From: Spirochaetota bacterium
GTDB lineage: Bacteria > Spirochaetota > UBA12135 > COTS27
Reading direction: 5' to 3'
NCBI GenBank assembly: GCA_013426755.1
Contig: AP019861.1
Coordinates: forward strand, 1,383,527-1,447,526
DNA length: 64,000 nt
Shown in pieces: positions 19,266-28,700 of this stretch. The translations under genes were made by a program, and so were the position numbers. The notes under the pieces were generated by a model. It searched no databases, was not told where the DNA came from, and saw nothing but the letters and a program-made list of their open reading frames with translations. Each line of letters begins with the position of its first letter. Positions within the stretch are counted from its first letter, which is position 1.

Positions 19266-20117
19266 CTATCAATCTCCATAAAACGCATTACAATTAAATA
19301 AATTAAAATCGATAAATTACAATCAATAAATTACCGTAAACAAATAAATTACTATAAACTAATTAGAACAAATAAACCGAAACAAACAAATTGAAGCAAA
19401 TTGAGTAACAACAGACAAACTAAAACAAGCGAACTACCACAAACAAACTACAATAGGCAAATCTAAATAAACAAATGACAACATATATCTACACCGTAAC
19501 ATAATATATATACCGTAATACAATATATCATACCACTATTGTACCATATCATAATATATCTATATCATACCATAATTTCCACCAGTTTATACAATTATTC
19601 CGCTTATTTAAGACACATTGTATTAATTATATCATACCACTAAATATTCATATCATATTACTAAATATTAACCATATCCTATTGCTAAATAGGTTACTTT
19701 TGTTAAATATACTACCTTTAACAGCGTTATTTTAGGCGTATTGTGTCAAGCGTATTATGCTAAAATATCACTTCTACCGCCATTAACTCAATTATGTTAT
19801 ATTTATATCAATACATTTCTCTTTATAGGCGTATACTAAAACTAAACTTATCACATTAACCTACAGTATAACCTCATATCTAGACTATAACCTACAGTAC
19901 AACCTTATGTCTAGACTACAAGACGTATCTCATGTCTAAATTATAAGATGTAATAACATTAATGTGTAAAAAAAATAGCATTATTTGTAAAAACAAGCCT
20001 TATTATTTAAAATATTTTCATAGAGTTTAAATAAATTTTCATAATATTCAAGATGCTCTCATAAAATTTAAAGTATTTTCATAAAATTTAAAGTATTTTC
20101 GTAAAATTTCTAAAAAA

Positions 20118-20238
20118 CAATCTAAAATTGGGATTACAATCTAAAATTGGGATTAAAACAATCTAAAATTGGGATTTTTCGTAAAATTTCTAAAAAACAA
20201 TCCAAAATTGGGATTAAAAATAATCTAAAATTGGTATT
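20118..20238. repeat. Five copies of an 18-bp iteron-like repeat, caatctaaaattgggatt, nested in an 80-bp duplication
   Basis: Copies start at about 20118, 20137, 20159, 20198 and 20221 (spacings 19, 22, 39, 23 bp). The flanking ttttcgtaaaatttctaaaaaacaatc occurs at ~20096 and ~20176. Confidence 0.85.
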
Positions 20239-20410
20239 AATGGGCTTTATCTCTTCAATTTAGCACCTATGCTGTGATATTTATGATATATGAAGTAGGG
20301 ATTGCGGCTAGAAAATGGGAGCTCATGGCTAAAAAATTTTGAATTTTATAAAAAATTCACTGCAATTTGTCTAATTCTACCATGTTTTCTTGAAAACAAT
20401 AAAACAACTT

Positions 20411-20661
20411 AGTTACAGATTGAAATAATGATTGGATTAGTTACTATCACTGCCATAATACCAATGAATTACAGATTGAAATAATGATCGGTTTATTTAC
20501 TATCACTGCCATAACACCAATGAATTACAGATTGAAATAATGATCGGCTTATTTACTATCACTGCCATAACACGAATGATGAATGGATTATAGGTTGAAA
20601 TAATGATCCGTTTGATTGTTATATCTTGTCGTGGTATAAGCGAATTGAATTATAGGGTAAA
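20411..20661 (+). repeat. Four tandem ~56-63-bp units, each a degenerate copy of the SD-start-first ~12 codons of the downstream hydrolase gene; each unit holds a 17-20-codon mini-ORF
   Basis: ATGs at 20428, 20484, 20540 and 20603, with the real gene at 20662. The mini-ORFs read MIGLVTITAIIPMNYRLK, MIGLFTITAITPMNYRLK, MIGLFTITAITRMMNGL and MIRLIVISCRGISELNYRVK. Stops overlap the next ATG as TAATG, and as ATGA at the real start. The real N-terminus is MMTVLTIIAAIV. Confidence 0.85.
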
Positions 20662-21594
20662 ATGATGACTGTTTTGACTATTATCGCTGCTATAGTACTT
20701 CTGATACTTGTGATTATGGCAGCAGTGGTGATATTTGTTGTTCGTTACTTAGCATATCACCCAAAATCTAAGCGAAAACCCCTTCATCACGAAGCAATGG
20801 CGCATTGTTCTTTAAAATTGACAGAATTCGTCCGCACTAACAATGATAATCAAAAGATTTACGCGTGGTTTACAAAGAATGTAGATAGCTCTATCGGGGA
20901 TCACGTGCTACTTTTACAACACGGACACCGACAAAATCGTCATGAAATGCTAAAACAAGCGGAAATTCTTTACAAAGCAGGATTTTCAATTCTCATAACA
21001 ACGATTCGTGCCCACGACCAATCGGATGGGAAATTCATTACATTCGGTCTTAAAGAAGCTGAGGACATTCGTTGTTGGCATACATTTCTTACAGCAGAGC
21101 AGCGATTTTTACCCAAAAAAATAGGTTTTATTGGAAATTCAATGGGAGGAGTAACTCTGCTCAGAACACACTATTTGTATAAAATAGGAGCTGTCCTTGT
21201 TTTACAAAGTGTGCTTGCCGATTTAGATGAAACTATAAAAAAGCGAGCATCCTATGTAACACGGCTGCCGGGGCTTTTATTTCAAATTCCTATTTCTACC
21301 CTCATTAAAATCTGGACACGCTTCAATACACGCGACGTCAAACCACATTTATGGGCTACAGCGATCACAATTCCTGCCTTCATCATGCAAGGAGGCTCAG
21401 ACACATTGGTCCCTACAACAAGCGGAGAAACGCTTTACAATGCTCTAAAAACCGATGCCAAGTTTAAAAAATTGTGGTTCGAAGTCAAGCAGAAACATGT
21501 TTGCTTCGAGCACGATCACACGCAAGCTTTTCACGACAACCTCACTACATTTCTCTACAAGCATTTTGTCAATGCTAAATCTACGCAATCATAA
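20662..21594 (+). CDS. Membrane-anchored alpha/beta-fold hydrolase
   Basis: 310 aa with an N-terminal TM helix (VLTIIAAIVLLILVIMAAVVIFVV). It has an HGH motif, the nucleophile elbow GNSMGG, and late acidic and His residues (GGSD...; HDH) consistent with a Ser-Asp-His triad. Confidence 0.75.
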   Translation: MMTVLTIIAAIVLLILVIMAAVVIFVVRYLAYHPKSKRKPLHHEAMAHCSLKLTEFVRTNNDNQKIYAWFTKNVDSSIGDHVLLLQHGHRQNRHEMLKQAEILYKAGFSILITTIRAHDQSDGKFITFGLKEAEDIRCWHTFLTAEQRFLPKKIGFIGNSMGGVTLLRTHYLYKIGAVLVLQSVLADLDETIKKRASYVTRLPGLLFQIPISTLIKIWTRFNTRDVKPHLWATAITIPAFIMQGGSDTLVPTTSGETLYNALKTDAKFKKLWFEVKQKHVCFEHDHTQAFHDNLTTFLYKHFVNAKSTQS

Positions 21595-21712
21595 TCACCA
21601 TCTTACAACAAGCTTTCTGCCCATACTAAACCTATGCAATCGTAATCATCGTCTTACAACAAGCATTTTGTCAATGCTAAATCTACGCAATCGTAATCAT
21701 CGTTTTACAATA
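21556..21712. repeat. Three ~51-bp tandem units; the first is the last ~13 codons plus stop of the hydrolase gene
   Basis: tacaagcattttgtcaatgctaaatctacgcaatcataatcaccatct (21556), tacaacaagctttctgcccatactaaacctatgcaatcgtaatcatcgtct (21604), tacaacaagcattttgtcaatgctaaatctacgcaatcgtaatcatcgttt (21655). Confidence 0.85.
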
Positions 21713-21865
21713 AAGATCATAACTTGCTATCGAATATCATAATCATTGGTTAGGCAGAAGCATTAGGTTGTCTGTTCTATAAACGAGCATCTCGACCGCC
21801 TGCCATAACGATTCATGAATAGGACACACACGACTTAGCCTGCAGGTAATAATGATATAATTTAC

Positions 21866-22810
21866 TTGAAACGACAAGCTTTAAACATTGTATTTTCCAT
21901 GAAAACAATCAATCCTAGCACACATATTTCTAATACCCTTTTTGATACGGATGAGGTTATTCATCGTACATTTAAACCCGGTCACAGATGCACGCTCTTT
22001 TACGGTGATTGTATAAAATTATTGAAGACTCTCCCTGCAGGCAGTGTTGATCTTATTGTAACCTCACCACCTTATAATATGAGTAAAGAATATGAAAAGA
22101 CACTCGATCGCAATGACTATTATTTGACACAGAAAAAAATCATCACAGAATGCACTAGAGTACTCAAGCATACTGGAAGCATCTGCTGGCAAGTTGGAAA
22201 CTACGTCAAAAAGGGCGAAATCATTCCAATCGATATAATGCTTTACCCTATTTTCAATGCATTAAAGCTGCAGATGCGAAATAGAATTGTCTGGCATTTT
22301 GGGCATGGTCTTCACGCTTCTAAGAGATTCTCTGGTCGTTACGAAACTATTATGTGGTTTACGAAAAGCAATGATTATTATTTCAATCTTGATCCTGTTC
22401 GCATTCCACAGAAGTATCCACACAAAAAACACTTTAAGGGGACTAAAAAAGGACAATTCTCATGCAACCCTAAGGGAAAAAATCCTTCCGACGTCTGGGA
22501 TATTCCCAATGTTAAAAGCAATCACGTAGAAAAAACTGATCATCCCTGTCAATTCCCAGTCGCTCTCGTCGAGCGACTCGTTTTAGCAATGACACAGGAC
22601 AATGACCTTGTTTTAGACCCTTTCATGGGCACAGGGAGTACCGCTATTGCCAGCCTTAAAAACAATCGTCGTTCGGTCGGAGCAGAAATCAATAAAAATT
22701 ACTGTGCTATTGCTAAAAAACGTATTCATATGACCTTCAATAAGTCTATTCGCATTAGAAAACTGGAACAACCCATTTATCAACCTACTTTCTTGTCTGT
22801 AACACCATGA
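21866..22810 (+). CDS. Beta-class DNA methyltransferase, probably N4-cytosine (SPPY motif), of a type II R-M pair
   Basis: Motif IV DLIVTSPPY lies N-terminal to motif I LDPFMGTGSTAIA, which is the beta-class order. HPCQFPVALVERLV is also present. The track start is TTG 21866; ATG 21899 (MKTINPS) is more likely. The stop overlaps the start of the next ORF. Confidence 0.85.
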   Translation: MKRQALNIVFSMKTINPSTHISNTLFDTDEVIHRTFKPGHRCTLFYGDCIKLLKTLPAGSVDLIVTSPPYNMSKEYEKTLDRNDYYLTQKKIITECTRVLKHTGSICWQVGNYVKKGEIIPIDIMLYPIFNALKLQMRNRIVWHFGHGLHASKRFSGRYETIMWFTKSNDYYFNLDPVRIPQKYPHKKHFKGTKKGQFSCNPKGKNPSDVWDIPNVKSNHVEKTDHPCQFPVALVERLVLAMTQDNDLVLDPFMGTGSTAIASLKNNRRSVGAEINKNYCAIAKKRIHMTFNKSIRIRKLEQPIYQPTFLSVTP

Positions 22811-23346
22811 ACATAGTCTATGAATATTCTCATCTCGGAGGATTGGAAATACTCAAAGTACGTTATTCCTCTATCTTAGAAGAGATTCTGACAACCGTTA
22901 AGAGTATAAAAGTACCTAAAACTAAAATCAGTCAAGAAAAAACAAGACGCGGAAAATTGCTATATTCTCCTAAAAAAATTAACGCCGCGTTCTCTAACGA
23001 ATTGAGAAAGCTTGGATTTCAAGAAATTAAAGATCATTACAACATTGAGATACCTGAATATCGTACTACCATTAAGTCATATAAACAAATTGACTTTCAT
23101 AAAGAAAAAGTCCTTATCGAAGTTCAATTTGGAAAATATGCCTTCATGTTCTATGACATGGCTAAGTTTCAATATTTTTATAATGAAGCCAAAGCTAACG
23201 TTGGTATTGAAATTGTACCATGCAGCAGGTTAAAAAAATGTATGTCCACAGGTGTATCGTATGGAGAACAGCTTATTTACGATATAGAACGACCCAGACG
23301 GCATTTTCCAGCCGTACCTGTTTACATTATTTTAGTTGACATGTAA
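22807..23346 (+). CDS. Putative type II restriction endonuclease, BglII/BstYI-like
   Basis: 179 aa, start overlapping the MTase stop (ATGA). The segment QIDFHKEKVLIEVQFGKYAF has D-x8-E-x-Q, the spacing of the BglII catalytic residues (Asp84, Glu93, Gln95). It closely resembles the BglII segment DIDFGKRDTLVEVQFSNYPF as I remember it. Confidence 0.6.
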   Translation: MNIVYEYSHLGGLEILKVRYSSILEEILTTVKSIKVPKTKISQEKTRRGKLLYSPKKINAAFSNELRKLGFQEIKDHYNIEIPEYRTTIKSYKQIDFHKEKVLIEVQFGKYAFMFYDMAKFQYFYNEAKANVGIEIVPCSRLKKCMSTGVSYGEQLIYDIERPRRHFPAVPVYIILVDM

Positions 23347-23549
23347 TTTTGTACGTTGCTCGAAATACCTGCATAGTTGACACAGGTTACTTTTGGGTGC
23401 TATGTTTTTATAGAAGCATTTTTTATTCTAGCCTAGCAACTACACTCAACGCCATAGTATTAGTCCTAATAAGATTCTGTTTTATAAACTCTGGTATAAA
23501 CAAATCTAGACAGCGAACGATTTTATTTTAAGTGCTATGAGATTCTTAT

Positions 23550-24245
23550 TTATGACAGACCTCGTGTCTGCAGATGCCGTAACATGCGCTGTTCTAGTTT
23601 TCTAAACACGAATGTAATCACCAATGTCAACGATAAATATAGGATTCCTGCCACGATAAAAGCTTCAAAAGGGGTATAAAACCTCGCATAAACAACTCGC
23701 GCTACTCCTGTTATATCTAACAATGTAATCAAACTCACCATTGCTGTTGCATGCAGCATAAATATGACCTCGTTACTGTAAGCTTGCACGGATAATCGCA
23801 TCACTGTAGGGACAATAAATCGCATGACGACAGTCCTACGTTTCATGCCAAACGCGTAACAAGCTTCGAGCTCTTCGCGTGGCAATCTTATTAAAGCATT
23901 GTAAAAGATCTCTGCTGTATAAGCAGCATTGTTTAAGGTCAATGCGAGCAAAGCACAAAAATAGGGTTTTTCAAAAAAAAACCACAAATAAGACTCACGC
24001 ACCCATAAAAATTGCCCCATTCCATAGTAAATCAAGTACATCTGCACCAGTAAAGGTGTTCCACGAAATGTATAAGTGAAACTCCATGCGGTTACATTGA
24101 GTATTTTTGAAGCGGATACGCGCATCACGGCCACCACACTCGCCAATATAAGTCCCAATAAAAGCGCTCCTCCTAAGAGCTCAATTGTCAGTACTAACCC
24201 TTTCATGTAATCAGGAAAGGTTTCTATAATAACGTCTAGATCCAA
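23550..24245 (-). CDS. Polar amino acid ABC transporter permease (HisM-like)
   Basis: 231 aa with multiple TM helices and an EAA-type loop (EELEACYAFGMKRRTVVMRFIVPTVMR). Confidence 0.85.
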   Translation of the reverse strand: MDLDVIIETFPDYMKGLVLTIELLGGALLLGLILASVVAVMRVSASKILNVTAWSFTYTFRGTPLLVQMYLIYYGMGQFLWVRESYLWFFFEKPYFCALLALTLNNAAYTAEIFYNALIRLPREELEACYAFGMKRRTVVMRFIVPTVMRLSVQAYSNEVIFMLHATAMVSLITLLDITGVARVVYARFYTPFEAFIVAGILYLSLTLVITFVFRKLEQRMLRHLQTRGLS

Positions 24246-24478
24246 TGCAATTTTTCCTTAGTATTTCTATCTAATTATGTATTGACAGAATACTTTTATT
24301 TATATTGTAGATGTTATTGTTCTATTATTAGCTTAGTATTTTTAGATAGGTTTAGTTTCTACCTTTATTGTTTGTGTGCGCCTGGTTTATCTGGTCTTTA
24401 GATTGATTGAGTTGTTGTCTTTAATTTTTATGTGCCTTTGGTTTTCAGCTAGTTTTTAAGAAAAGTTCAATTGTAGTG

Positions 24479-24610
24479 TGTTTTAGCATTAGTATGTTTT
24501 AGCATTAGTATGTTTTAGCATTAGTATGTTTTAGCATTGGTCTGTTTTAGTATTCATTGGTGTGTTTTAGTATTCATTGGTGTGTTTTAGTATTCATTGG
24601 TGTATTTTAG
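24479..24610. repeat. Compound tandem repeat (16-bp x4, then 20-bp x3) filling the gap between the two permease genes
   Basis: gttttagcattagtat x3, then gttttagcattggtct, then gttttagtattcattggtgt x3. It ends 8 bp from the stop of the upstream permease gene. Confidence 0.9.
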
Positions 24611-24617
24611 CGGAAAT

Positions 24618-25283
24618 TCAACTGAAATGATAGCGTTTTTTGAGGACATTCAACCCCCACAGTGAAACAGAGGTGTAGATCAAAAATATCACCAGTACCA
24701 CACTGTAAAAGATAAAGGGTTGTTTAGTACTGCTTGCCGCTACATTCGCCATCCGCACCATATCATTGAGACCTATTACGGATACTAAGGATGTTGTCTT
24801 CAGTAAAACCAGCCAATTATTCGTAAAACTTGATAACCCATAGCGAATAAGCTGTGGAAAGATTATCCGCCAGAATAATACTTTTCCTGATAAACCGTAA
24901 GCATGCGCCGCCTCAATCTCATTTCTACTGATTGCCAGTATTGCTCCACGGAATGTTTCTGCCATATAGGCACCAAAAATAAACCCTATTGCCAAAACTC
25001 CAGCCAAAAATGGATTGAGCAGAATATAAATATCTAACTCCAATACTTCAATGATGTTATTAATAATGATCTGTACTCCATAAAAAAACAATAACATCAT
25101 GACCAGATCAGGAACACCGCGTACAACCGTTGTATAAAAGCGTGCTGCCCACTGCAGACTCCTCAGCGATGAAAGCTTCATCAAGGCTATCACAATTCCT
25201 AAGACTGTCGCAATAACCAACGATACCACTCCCACAGCCAACGTATAAACAGCCCCCTCTAAAAAAAGATAACCGTATTCCAC
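24618..25283 (-). CDS. Polar amino acid ABC transporter permease (HisQ-like)
   Basis: 221 aa with the EAA loop EIEAAHAYGLSGKVLFWRIIFPQLIRYGLSSFTNNWLVLLKTTSLVSVIGL. Confidence 0.85.
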   Translation of the reverse strand: MEYGYLFLEGAVYTLAVGVVSLVIATVLGIVIALMKLSSLRSLQWAARFYTTVVRGVPDLVMMLLFFYGVQIIINNIIEVLELDIYILLNPFLAGVLAIGFIFGAYMAETFRGAILAISRNEIEAAHAYGLSGKVLFWRIIFPQLIRYGLSSFTNNWLVLLKTTSLVSVIGLNDMVRMANVAASSTKQPFIFYSVVLVIFLIYTSVSLWGLNVLKKRYHFS

Positions 25284-25310
25284 TCGAAATCAATCTCCCA
25301 AGTTATATTC

Positions 25311-25418
25311 ATATTCCATTCAAAACCAATCCCCAAAACTCTATTGATATTCCATTCAAAACCAATCCCCAAAGCTCTATTGATATTCCATTCAAAACTA
25401 ATCCCCAAAACTCTATTT
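25311..25418. repeat. 36-bp tandem repeat x3 immediately upstream of the HisQ-like gene
   Basis: atattccattcaaaaccaatccccaaaactctattg starts at 25311, 25347 and 25383. Confidence 0.9.
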
Positions 25419-25770
25419 ATTATACTTTTCTATTATACTTTTCACAACTGCAGGCTATTCTCTAAACATTGAATCAATCTTAACCCATTTTATACCATTC
25501 ATCCCGTATTCGTACCATAAATGATAGCACAATATATCAATTACTGGTAAAATTTTACTGCATTTTCAAACTTTCTCAAGTCTTATCACTTTCTGCTTAT
25601 CATTTTCTGATTAGGACTTCCTAATGATAGCTTTCTGCTTATAATTTTCTGCTTATGACTTCCTGTTAATGATTTTCTACCGAATTCACCTGCAGCTTAC
25701 CATTAAATAAAAAACATTGTTTTATAAAATATTGTTTTATAAAAAACTCGTGTTACATAAAAAAGCTTTG

Positions 25771-28700
25771 TCACATATAAGGAACAGTGATTTTACGTAC
25801 CTTTTTTACTTCTAACTCTAACCGTTTAACAAAATTTTCATGACGTTTGATCGCTTTAAAGAGACTGAGCCGTCTCGTCAAGTAGTGAAAAGTAACGCTC
25901 TTAGGATCAGGAATCTCAAGGTCTTCTGCATTGCCGCGGACAATGCGAAGACTATTTATCAAAATACGATAAAAATGATACGCCTTTCTCAAAGTCTTAA
26001 AGACATCCTGCTTTAAATACCCCTGATTATAAAGAAGTTCCATAGCACGTAAGGTATGAGGATTGCGAACTTTAGAATCTTTCGTTCCCAGTGTAATGAG
26101 TAATCTCTGAATAAAATACTCTATATCCACCAATCCGCCTAGTGAAAATTTGACATTAGTCACACCAGGAGAAGTGAATTGGGCGAGCTGCATTTTCCGT
26201 AATTTAATAAATTCTGCTTCATCAAAAGGAACAGCAGCATAAACAAAATCATTGGTGAGTTGGACTAATTTTTCCTCCAGCTCCAATGCAAACGCACCGC
26301 CACCCACAGGCAAACTACGCAATCTAGTAAGAGCCATACGTTCAAAATTACGAACAGAATCATTTTGAAATGTGTAATATTCTCTAAATTTACCCAATGA
26401 TACCGCAATAGGAGCGGTCTCGCCATCTGGACGCAATCTAAAATCCAATTCAAAAATGCCATTCTTTTTACTTTTTATAGCAAGCGGCAATTGTCTGCCG
26501 AGGTCTTCAAAAAAGCGGCGTGCTTTGTCCGCTCCGTCGCTTTTAGAAGCTTGTTTGAACTCATCGGCAATCTGATAAACAAACATCAATTCTATATCAG
26601 AAGCATATCCCATTTCACATGCCCCCCATTTGCCCAGCCCTAAAATAACCACTGCACCAGGGATCTTCTCCATAGCGTATTTTTCAAGTACTTGCTGTTC
26701 GACTATTTTATATGCATTTCTGATGACAACATCCGCTAAGGTTGTGATTTCTTGACAAAATACTTGAAAATCTTGTACCGCTCCACTTAAAAATCTTAAA
26801 TCAATAGCAAACATGCTATCGTCCTTAAATTGATTGAGTAAGGTTAACGGGTCTGAACGCTCTACTCTATTTGAAGTAAATTGTCCGTTACTTTCACTGC
26901 TTTGCTGCTTATAACCTTTATCGTCATTGGTATCGTGTTTGTTGAGACTACTTGGAGCATGTTCCTTATCGGTATTGTTGGAAACTTGATTAGATATTCT
27001 GCTGTATGCTTCATTCGAGGCTTCATTGGGGGCTTCATTAGGTGCTTTACTGGGGGCTTTATTGAGTATTTTATTGAATGTTTTGCTGGATATTTTATTG
27101 GGCGGTAGTGGGGATCGCTTATTGAGAAGCTTATCGGGGCGTAATTGTGGGACTAAGCTTGGAATATACTTTTTATTGATTAAGACCTTGCTCAGTGCTG
27201 CTTCTAGATAAGCCTCTGTATGCGGGATTTTAAGGATTTCTTCTGAGGAGAGATAATTCATAATGTCTTCGGCTTCAGATCGAAAGAAATCTTCAAAAAT
27301 AGCCTCACTTGTGCCCAGGATTCGCGCAATTTTTTTAAATAACGCCCCACCTGTTAGAAGTTGTGTGAAAGCTGTTTCATAATCATCGACAATATGATGT
27401 GTCAATTTTGAAAATTGACTGAATGCTAGGTAAGGATTCGGGGCGAAAACAATGTAATTCGAGAAATAATTAAGCAATAACAACGTCACACGAATTTCTT
27501 GAAGTCTATCCTTAGCAAGGACTTTTTTTCTATTTCGTTCTGTGACATAGATAACATTGTCAATAGTAGACCCTTCGGTTGCAAATTCTGCCTTAGCAAT
27601 TCTAAATCTTCGCTCAGACAGCGATACCGTAAATTGATATAAAAATAAAAATATGTCCTCACTTTTAATTCTAAGAACGGTATAAAAAAGATGAGAATCA
27701 TTATCAATATCTATGAAAACGGGATTGATTTTAATCGAGTGTTTATGCTGTTCTAGGAAAGGTAATGCCCGTAAATAAATGTCTTCACGAACTTTCTCGA
27801 TCTCTCCTTTGAAACTTAATTTGAAATACTCACGTAATTCTTCCATAAACTTATCCGCGGCAAAACTCTCAGCATAAGCTTCGTTTGTAAATTCACCGTG
27901 GATGACAATAATTGTTTTTTTACGGGCGCTTTTTATCAAACCGCCCATACTGAGACTGGACTGACGGTTCATGCGAAGGGTAGAACCATTTTTGGGCTGC
28001 GTAAAATCACCTGGAGACGGCGCTGCATAATCTTTCCAGGCTGCAAAGGACCTTCGATAAAAATGATCTGCCGATGCTCTCCCGCCTATCTGTTCGTCGA
28101 CTTGTGGAAAAATAAATCCACTGAGGATATTGATTCCTTTGGTAGAAATTGCTCCTGCTACCATTGAAAAAGCACCTATCATTGAGTAGGCTGCGATTTC
28201 AAGCACTATTTGATAGGTCGTTCCTGCTTGTGATGTGGTCGGCTGCCGGCTGGTATCTATAGAAATATTTTGATTCTCTGCAGTGTTTTTTGAGGGAATA
28301 CTCTTGGAGCTTGCTTTTCTTTTATCAGCCATTATTTTAGCTGGGGCAAGCGGCTGTTCTAAATCAGCCTCAGAATGACGCGTCGGAGTGTATGCGAGGA
28401 CAATTTCTTTAGCTTTTCCGTCATTGTGATTAGTCGTTATTGTGATCATTGCGTCTGCTGGGTATGCTTCAGAGAGCCCTACTAACATTTTAAAGTGCCG
28501 TAAAATATGCTCAGAATTGAAATTAATGAAATAATCACTTTCAAACTTCTGTAATTCCCTACGCCATGGTTCAATAGTCTCTACTGATGTATCTGCTGGC
28601 AGCTTTGTTAAAGACTCTCTATGATAAGACGTGCTTATCGGTGACGTACTTATCGGTGACGTACTTATTGGTGACGTACTTATTAGTGACGTACTTAGCG

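Noticed and set aside
20118-24610. Possible CRISPR arrays, given the many short direct repeats (e.g. 20118-20238 and 24479-24610).
   Set aside because: The repeats are contiguous or separated by only 1-20 bp. There are no unique 25-40-bp spacers, the repeats are degenerate, and no cas genes are in the window.
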